39,555 nucleotides of DNA from an uncultured Muribaculaceae bacterium (GTDB lineage Bacteria; Pseudomonadota; Alphaproteobacteria; Rs-D84), in assembly GCA_964368385.1 (NCBI GenBank), contig CAYJAG010000005.1, forward strand, positions 1 to 39,555. The letters are read 5' to 3'. The translations under genes and the position numbers were made by a program. Every line of letters starts with the position of its first letter. Position 1 is the stretch's first letter. Shown here in pieces: positions 33,520 through 39,555 of this stretch. The notes beneath the pieces were generated by a model. The model was given only the letters and a program-made list of their open reading frames with translations. It did no database searches and was not told the origin of the DNA.

Positions 33520-36261
33520 ATGAGAATAAAAAAAGCAATAATCGTTGGTTTGATGCTGCCTTTGGTATCTGAAATTTGTGCGATGCCGTCAGGGGCTGTC
33601 AGCTATGTGAATACGCCGACCTCGCGACCAAGCACCACGGCGCGCATGCCGACATTGCTGACTGGTTCAATTACCAGCACGGCATATTCTACTGCAACAA
33701 ATGCTGGATTGGCTGCGACTTGCGCAAATCCATTGCCGGAAAGACTTACCTCGAACAGGTGCATTGACAGATACGATTCGTGCCTGCATCAGGAAAATGT
33801 CTGCGGAGAAAATTTTGAGCTGTGCTATAACTTAAAGCAATTTAACAAGTCCCGCATAATGTGCCAGGATTATCTGGCCCAATGTCCGGCCGAGGCAATC
33901 AAAGCCATCTTTGGAAATTCGGTTACAACATCGGATGATTTTTCCGCAGCAAATCGCGCGATGTGCGATGGTGAATCCGTTTTAATAAAAAGATCATTTT
34001 CTCCAGCGCTTGGTGACATCGCGGTTGCCGGCGACAGCAGAATTGACATTGCTATAAAAGAGGGCAGAAACTGGGCGGCTGCAAACAGCGTAAAAACTTG
34101 CAACAAGGCTGCTGATGTATGTATTCAGAATGCCTGCCAAGGTTCCCCACAAAAATGTATTTCTTTGACTGGATTTTCAGACATAGACACGGCCGAGATG
34201 GTGAATATAGCCACCTCTGGCGAAACAACATTGCGCTTGAATGCAAAAATGTTGGAAACTTGGATTTTCAATATGGGATGGGATGACAGCAATGTAAAGA
34301 ATTATCTGAAAGAGCAATGCCGCGAAACCATTGGCGCAAACGAATGGTGCTTTATGGTAACAAATGGCAAGCCAGCCAAGGAATCCGACTTGGTTGATAA
34401 TTTTAACATCCAGGAAGTTTTTCAAGACATTATGTATAATGGCGTTGGTGCGCGTTGGAAAATGTCACAATCCAAGATAAAAGAATGGGCCGCAGCGACA
34501 ACCAAAAATTCTGTCGCGCAATGCCAGACTGCATTGACTGACTGCGCAATAAATGCATGTGGCGAAGGATCGCGCGCGCGTTGCTATGGATTGGCAAAAG
34601 ATGGCAACTCGGTCAGTATAAAGAATAAAGCAGGTTCTGACATCGAAGGCCAATGCAAAAATCTGATAGAAAACAATCAATACTGCAAGGATGTTTTCCG
34701 CAACAATGAAACCGGCCTTGATGGGGATGTTTGGACACAGGTTTGGACAAATGATGTTATGGGAACCATAGTCGGTCTGGATTCTGATTTGCAAAAAATG
34801 TTTAACGAAGAGGCTGTGGCAGAAATGCGCCGTAGCTGTCAGACCCAGGCTGAAAAATGTGTCCAAGACGAATGCGGAAGTGATTTCTCGCGCTGCTTTA
34901 TCACCAGCAGTGATGCAAAAAAATCAAGCCAAGTTGCTTTTGCCTCTGGCAAAGTAACCAGCAGTTTGTTTGCCGGCGGGTTTGACGAAGCCTTGGCTCG
35001 TGATCTGTGCATACTGAAAGTAAAACAAGTCACAGATTGTAATGATTATTTTGATGTTCAATATGCAAAGCAATCAAGCGGCAAAAGTGCTGACGCATGG
35101 GCTACATCCAGCACAGCTCGCAATGCTTGGCTGGGCGCTGCTAACAGCACGACAGAAGACAATGTATGTCGAGTGACCGAAACATATCTGGATAAATATG
35201 ATGTTTCTGGCAATGCGATTGACCCAACGGTTAAGCTGGCATCCAAGGTAAAGGTTTGTGCAGCCCAAGAACGCAGTATATTTGATGGATTGCTGGGCGA
35301 TATAAACAAGCGCGCGAATTCGGTTCTGGAACGCGAAGCAAATGATATCAAAAATACTTGCGAGAACAGCAATGTCAAAGGTTCAACTGAAAAAGACTAT
35401 ATCTGGGCAGCATTTGATGGTTTAGGCGCATCTGACGAATACAGCGGATTCAGCGAAGTTAGCGAGACAAGCAATCCATTTGATGGATTCTGCGCAGTCA
35501 GGGTAACAATTCGTTCTAATAATTCCAAAGTGGTCAGCGCACTTGGTGGTAATAAAACAATGTATTATCCAAAAGGCACAACTATGCCTTGTTTGGGCCT
35601 GACTACGGACGAACTGGAGAAAGTGGAACGCGCGGTTGCATCCGATGTGAAATTCTGTGGTTCGAATGAAACAAGTGCAACTCATGGCTGTGTGGAAAGA
35701 ATGACAGGCTTGCAAAAGACACTGAGCATAGGTGGCGCCACCTTGGGCGGTCTGGTTGTCGGCGGCTTGGGCGGAGTCATGGCTGGAAATGCAATACAGA
35801 ATCAAACAACCAGCTCTGGTAATGGCATGGGCGAGGCTAATAGAGTCATGTTGAAAAATTGCAATTCATGTTTGGCCGCGCAAGGCGCTGGATTCAGCAG
35901 CAAAAACGCTTGCGGTTCTGCCAGTGCGGGCGATAACGATGATGGCAAAAGCAATGCTATTGCAAAGAATCTTTGCCAAGCAAAGGCAAACGAACTTAGC
36001 GCTAAAACGAAAAAACAGACAAACAGCAGCTTGATGGACTTTACCAGCACTGGCGGAATTACTGGGGCAAGTGTTGGTGCTGGATTGTTGGGTTTAACCG
36101 GTGGACTTTTGGCTGGCAATGCGATTGACCAAAATGAAAAAGACAAGTTGGCAGAAGCCCGTCAGCAAGCCATAGATGACTTTAACGCCAAAACAGATAT
36201 AAATTGTTATATCGGTGGTAGGAAAGTTGCCGCGTATGGTTCTGATATGGTTATAAAATAA
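33520..36261 (+). CDS. Large secreted modular cysteine-rich protein with two C-terminal glycine-zipper segments; no family recognised
   Basis: 913 aa with GGTGGGA upstream and the Sec signal MRIKKAIIVGLMLPLVSEICA. A Ser/Thr/Pro-rich linker follows. I counted about 39 Cys, including four C-x6-C-x4/6-C-x6/7-C motifs. GGATLGGLVVGGLGGVMAGNAI and GGITGASVGAGLLGLTGGLLAGNAI lie near the C-terminus. Confidence 0.7.
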   Translation: MRIKKAIIVGLMLPLVSEICAMPSGAVSYVNTPTSRPSTTARMPTLLTGSITSTAYSTATNAGLAATCANPLPERLTSNRCIDRYDSCLHQENVCGENFELCYNLKQFNKSRIMCQDYLAQCPAEAIKAIFGNSVTTSDDFSAANRAMCDGESVLIKRSFSPALGDIAVAGDSRIDIAIKEGRNWAAANSVKTCNKAADVCIQNACQGSPQKCISLTGFSDIDTAEMVNIATSGETTLRLNAKMLETWIFNMGWDDSNVKNYLKEQCRETIGANEWCFMVTNGKPAKESDLVDNFNIQEVFQDIMYNGVGARWKMSQSKIKEWAAATTKNSVAQCQTALTDCAINACGEGSRARCYGLAKDGNSVSIKNKAGSDIEGQCKNLIENNQYCKDVFRNNETGLDGDVWTQVWTNDVMGTIVGLDSDLQKMFNEEAVAEMRRSCQTQAEKCVQDECGSDFSRCFITSSDAKKSSQVAFASGKVTSSLFAGGFDEALARDLCILKVKQVTDCNDYFDVQYAKQSSGKSADAWATSSTARNAWLGAANSTTEDNVCRVTETYLDKYDVSGNAIDPTVKLASKVKVCAAQERSIFDGLLGDINKRANSVLEREANDIKNTCENSNVKGSTEKDYIWAAFDGLGASDEYSGFSEVSETSNPFDGFCAVRVTIRSNNSKVVSALGGNKTMYYPKGTTMPCLGLTTDELEKVERAVASDVKFCGSNETSATHGCVERMTGLQKTLSIGGATLGGLVVGGLGGVMAGNAIQNQTTSSGNGMGEANRVMLKNCNSCLAAQGAGFSSKNACGSASAGDNDDGKSNAIAKNLCQAKANELSAKTKKQTNSSLMDFTSTGGITGASVGAGLLGLTGGLLAGNAIDQNEKDKLAEARQQAIDDFNAKTDINCYIGGRKVAAYGSDMVIK

Positions 36262-36273
36262 AAAACCAGTTGT

Positions 36274-36306
36274 AAAAAAATCCGCGCCATTGGGCGCGGA
36301 TTTTTT
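36274..36306. terminator. Bidirectional rho-independent terminator between the Cys-rich gene and the J-domain gene
   Basis: A-run, stem TCCGCGCC (36281-36288), loop ATTG, stem GGCGCGGA (36293-36300), then TTTTTT. It lies between convergent stops. Confidence 0.85.
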
Positions 36307-36333
36307 ATAGATTTTCCGTAAGTTATAATTAGA

Positions 36334-36843
36334 TTATTTTTCAAACCACTTTTTTAATTCCCCGTATGCTGCGGCCAAATTTGTAAATTCTGTTGCTGCG
36401 GACTTTTTGTTTTTTGCCGTGTCGGGATGGTATTTTTTTGCAAGCAATCTGTATTTTGCCGAAATTTCATGCCAGTTTGCAGTGGGTGGCAATTCTAAAA
36501 CTTTCAGCGCGGATGAAACCGATGTCGGCACGAGTGAAGGGCGGATGAAGTTTGCAGTTTTATCAAATTCGCTGCGTCCGTTTAGAAAATCTTTCAGGAA
36601 ATTTACATAGTCCGCATTTGCCTCGTCTGCAGCCGCGCGATCTTTATCAGCAATTCCAAAAGTTTCACGTTCCCAGTCTTGCTCGACTTCATCTGGGCTC
36701 ATTCCCGCATAATAGTTCCAATTTTTATTATATTCGGCAGCATGTTCTTTACAGAACCAATGATAATCGGACAGGTTGCGCGACTTTGGCGCGCGGCACA
36801 CACCGGCTTTTGTGCAGCCAGGAAAATCACATTTTGTTATCAT
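36334..36843 (-). CDS. J-domain protein with N-terminal Cys/His zinc-finger-like segment (alphaproteobacterial type)
   Basis: 169 aa. The N-terminal CDFPGCTKAGVCRAPKSRNLSDYHWFCKEHAAEYNKNWNYYAGMSPDE is the conserved alpha-type segment. The C-terminal J domain is ALKVLELP...AKYRLLAKKYHPDTA (HPD motif). Confidence 0.75.
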   Translation of the reverse strand: MITKCDFPGCTKAGVCRAPKSRNLSDYHWFCKEHAAEYNKNWNYYAGMSPDEVEQDWERETFGIADKDRAAADEANADYVNFLKDFLNGRSEFDKTANFIRPSLVPTSVSSALKVLELPPTANWHEISAKYRLLAKKYHPDTAKNKKSAATEFTNLAAAYGELKKWFEK

Positions 36844-37691
36844 TTTTTTGCCGCCATTGGATGGTGTTCGAACACCGCTTCTTTTAATTTTTCTGGCATA
36901 ACATGGGTATAGATTTGCGTGGTTGCAATGTCTTCATGTCCCAGCATCATTTGTATTGCGCGCAAGTTTGCACCGCCTGCCAACAGGTGTGAAGCAAACG
37001 AATGCCGCAGAACATGAGGGCTGACCCGTGCGGGCGAAATTCCAGATAAAACCGCGCATTTTTTTATAATCTTGAAAAAACCATCACGTGTAATATGCCC
37101 CGTTTTGCTGGTTGATGGGAATACATATTTAGAGTTTGCTTCGCCACGAATTTCCAACCATTTCGCCAATGCTTCTTGTGCGCCGGCATGCATGGGTACC
37201 ATTCGCTCTTTTGCGCCTTTGCCATGAATTAACAATTTTTCGCCCAAAATCCCGGTCATTGGTAATTCGCACAATTCAGAAACACGCAAGCCAGATGCAT
37301 AAAGTAATTCAATCATCGCCCGCAGCCGCGTTGCGTTACGCGTATCACCAGCATTAGAAATTAATAATTCCACTTCGTGAGCAGATAAAAACTTTGGTAA
37401 TCTTTTCTGTTTTTTAGGCAGCTCTAATCCCGCGGCTGGATTTTCAGAAATTATTTTTTCCGTTGCCAAAAACTTGAAAAATTGGCGCAACGCACTTGTT
37501 TTTCTGGCAATAGAAGCCGGCGCTTCATGCAGCCCGGCCAGATACTTTTCCAACTGCGTTGTTGTTGCACCAGACAGGTTTCCAATCGCGTCCGTGGCCA
37601 TGCGCAAATCGCGACCATAGGCCTCCAAGGTTTTCGCGCTGCGTCCTTTTTCGGCCGCCAACATTTCTAAAAAAATCTCGATATGATTCAT
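36840..37691 (-). CDS. xerD: Tyrosine recombinase XerD (chromosome dimer resolution)
   Basis: ORF 36840..37781 trimmed to ATG 37691 (MNHIEIFLEMLAAEKGRSAKTLEAYGRDL aligns with the XerD N-terminus). IHGKGAKERMVPM, HVLRHSFASHLL and LGHEDIATTQIYTHV carry the R..HxxR..Y catalytic set. The stop overlaps the J-protein start (ATGA). XerD versus XerC was decided only from the THV...E.L motif. Confidence 0.75.
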   Translation of the reverse strand: MNHIEIFLEMLAAEKGRSAKTLEAYGRDLRMATDAIGNLSGATTTQLEKYLAGLHEAPASIARKTSALRQFFKFLATEKIISENPAAGLELPKKQKRLPKFLSAHEVELLISNAGDTRNATRLRAMIELLYASGLRVSELCELPMTGILGEKLLIHGKGAKERMVPMHAGAQEALAKWLEIRGEANSKYVFPSTSKTGHITRDGFFKIIKKCAVLSGISPARVSPHVLRHSFASHLLAGGANLRAIQMMLGHEDIATTQIYTHVMPEKLKEAVFEHHPMAAKK

Positions 37692-37814
37692 TGTAATACG
37701 ACTTCCGTCATATGACGCGCGTGCGGGAAAGAAATCAGCATCAAAACCAGTAATGCCACGGCCACAACTATCCACAGCCATTTTGTAAAATTATTTTTTT
37801 TATATTTTTTCATG

Positions 37815-38882
37815 TTAAATTGCCTCGAAAGATACTATCCACATTGCTGCAAATGATGTGATTATCAGCGGGGGTAGACCGGCCGCTAAAATCGTTGGCA
37901 GAGCGCCGCTGGTGCCCAGTGCGCTGAACACATTCATTACAAAATACAATCCAAAACAAACCATAATTCCGATACCGAATTTTACGCCGAATGAAAAGTT
38001 TCTTCGTTCGCGCGTTTGAGAAAAAGCAGTTCCCAAAGTTGTCATTGCAATCAGTGTCAAAGGCAGAAACAGCAAGGTCCAGAACTGCGTCAGATGACCC
38101 CGAACCGGCAATCCCATTTGTTGCATATTTTTTATCATTTTGGGCAGGTGCCAGAACGAAACCTGATCGGGCTTTAAGTGTTTTTCCAGAAAATTCGCAG
38201 GTGTGGCCTGTGATTTACGTGACCAATTTTTAATCTGCACTGGCATGCCATCTGCGCCATACGCGCGCGCAGATTTTACCAATAATTCACCATTGGTCAT
38301 TGTTAGTTTATTCGTTTCAATTCTTTGCTGAAAACCAGAATTATTATCTTGTACAAAGGCGGACACATCAGAAAATACCAGTTCACCAGTCTTTTTCTGT
38401 TTTACGCCTTCGGCACGCATAATGAATGATCCGTTATCGCCAGTCTCGCGCAGCCATATTGCATCATCGGACAAGTCAAAGCTTGCAATGTCTATATTTT
38501 CAGCGCTTTTACTGACAGCATATGGATTAATAACACATGTTGTAAACACGCCTATTAAAAATGCTGTGATTAGAAAAGGTTTTATTTTCTGCCATGGTGA
38601 TAATCCAGCGCCTGAAATAATTACCGATTCGGACGATGTAGTTAAATTATAAACCGTCAATAAAGTTCCCATAAATACCGCCAAGGGCAGAAAAATCGGA
38701 ATGTATTCCAACAGGCTGATAAAAGAAACATTTGCCGCAATCAAAGCAGAACTTTCACGAGGCAGCTTTTCAACAAAGGTTATTGCGAATATGATTCCTG
38801 AAATAATCAAAAGTACCAGTCCCACGCCGGATAAAAAACGACGGGCCAGAAAGACGCTTAAAATTTTTGGCTTTATTCTCAT
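37815..38882 (-). CDS. lptG: LPS export ABC permease, LptF/LptG (YjgP/YjgQ) family
   Basis: 355 aa with 3 TM segments, a periplasmic beta-jellyroll-size insert, then 3 more TM segments. The N-terminal ILSVFLARRFLSGVGLVLLIISGIIFAITFVEKL is typical of the family. LptG versus LptF is not resolvable by eye. Confidence 0.65.
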   Translation of the reverse strand: MRIKPKILSVFLARRFLSGVGLVLLIISGIIFAITFVEKLPRESSALIAANVSFISLLEYIPIFLPLAVFMGTLLTVYNLTTSSESVIISGAGLSPWQKIKPFLITAFLIGVFTTCVINPYAVSKSAENIDIASFDLSDDAIWLRETGDNGSFIMRAEGVKQKKTGELVFSDVSAFVQDNNSGFQQRIETNKLTMTNGELLVKSARAYGADGMPVQIKNWSRKSQATPANFLEKHLKPDQVSFWHLPKMIKNMQQMGLPVRGHLTQFWTLLFLPLTLIAMTTLGTAFSQTRERRNFSFGVKFGIGIMVCFGLYFVMNVFSALGTSGALPTILAAGLPPLIITSFAAMWIVSFEAI

Positions 38883-38919
38883 AATTTTTCAATTATAATC
38901 CGCAATAAAGGGAAAATCT

Positions 38920-39387
38920 ATGGAAAAAAAGCCCATATCAAAACAAGGGTTCGAAGCGCTTAATGTAGAGCTGAAAAATCTGCGCGAAATTGAAAGACCG
39001 GCAATCATAAAAGTCGTGCAGTGGGCGCGCAGTTTGGGCGATTTGTCCGAAAATGCCGACTATTCCGCTGCCAAAGAAAAACAGCGGATTATTGATGGCC
39101 GAATCAAATTCTTGGAAGACTACATCAAGGATTCAATTGTGATTGACACAGATTTTCTGTCTGGAAATCGCGTAACATTCGGCGCTTTTGTTGTTGCCGA
39201 AGATGCTGATGGCAACCCAATGCAATGCCGGATTCTGTCAGATGTAGAAGCAGACGGGAAAATGGTTATCGCATGCACCAGTCCGGTTGGACGCGCGTTT
39301 ATTGGAAAGTGTGTGGGGGACACTTGCATCGTTCGCACGCCAGGCGGCGAGAAAGAATATGAAATTTTGGAAGTAAAGTTCAAATAA
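38920..39387 (+). CDS. greA: Transcription elongation factor GreA
   Basis: 155 aa. ...[50 protein letters not shown] is the GreA coiled-coil, and the C-terminal [14 protein letters not shown] is the Gre motif. Confidence 0.92.
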   Translation: MEKKPISKQGFEALNVELKNLREIERPAIIKVVQWARSLGDLSENADYSAAKEKQRIIDGRIKFLEDYIKDSIVIDTDFLSGNRVTFGAFVVAEDADGNPMQCRILSDVEADGKMVIACTSPVGRAFIGKCVGDTCIVRTPGGEKEYEILEVKFK

Positions 39388-39389
39388 TT

Positions 39390-39555
39390 ATGCCAGTTCG
39401 CATATTGCCAGATTTTTTAATAAACCAAATCGCCGCAGGCGAGGTGGTTGAACGTACCGCCAGTGTTGTGAAAGAGCTGGTCGAAAATTCGCTGGATTCA
39501 GGTGCTGATCAAATTGTTGTTGATGTAATTGATGGTGGGCGCACATTAATTTCTG
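39390..39555 (+). CDS. mutL: DNA mismatch repair protein MutL, N-terminal fragment (continues beyond the window)
   Basis: My own translation from ATG 39390 gives [55 protein letters not shown]. This is the GHKL-ATPase motif I of MutL ([26 protein letters not shown]). It is not in the ORF track because it is truncated. Confidence 0.9.
   Translation, partial: MPVRILPDFLINQIAAGEVVERTASVVKELVENSLDSGADQIVVDVIDGGRTLIS

Noticed and set aside
36262-36333. Looked for a dif-like XerC/D site (CATAA-N6-TTATG core) near xerD; also examined the A/T-rich inverted TTATG...CATAA at about 30015-30040
   Set aside because: The sequence near xerD does not match either dif arm. The 30-kb motif has the arms in the wrong orientation and a 14-nt spacer.
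36840-37691. Tyrosine recombinase as a possible marker of an integrated mobile element or island
   Set aside because: Its motifs and size fit housekeeping XerD. There is no adjacent tRNA, no flanking direct repeats, no phage or transposon genes, and no compositional break around it.
37692-37781. 30-codon N-terminal extension of the xerD ORF
   Set aside because: The XerD family N-terminus aligns with MNHIEIFLEML... starting at 37691, and the extension has no counterpart in the family.

Overview
Compact, gene-dense chromosomal segment, roughly 40% GC by eye. Its gene content points to an Alphaproteobacterium, probably with a streamlined or host-associated genome: alpha-type addB, DUF4167, DUF721, a ZitP-like zinc-ribbon/DUF3426 protein, an alpha-type zinc-finger J-protein, and a single LolC/E permease. 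About 40 protein genes are present and most are housekeeping: secB, mltA, ruvC, yebC, ruvA, mnmE, recA, kdsB-kdsA, typA, serS, rluD, rsmI, engB, addB, lolCD, ftsQ-ftsA, xerD, lptG, greA and the 5' end of mutL. I saw no rRNA, tRNA, CRISPR array, transposase, phage or recognisable defence genes. Four regions are not explained by ordinary annotation. (1) 15.1-20.3 kb: an operon of three very large paralogous proteins with prepilin-type (class III) signal sequences, followed by a ZitP-like protein and a small secreted protein, with no pilus or secretion machinery nearby. (2) 28.6-30.3 kb: a lipoprotein with secretin-like architecture, translationally packed upstream of lolC-lolD. (3) 31.6-33.4 kb: an ftsA reading frame that runs without a stop into a ribulose-phosphate-3-epimerase-like domain. 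(4) 33.5-36.3 kb: a 913-aa secreted, modular cysteine-rich protein with two C-terminal glycine-zipper segments. All functional calls come from reading the translated ORFs by eye, and no database search was run.
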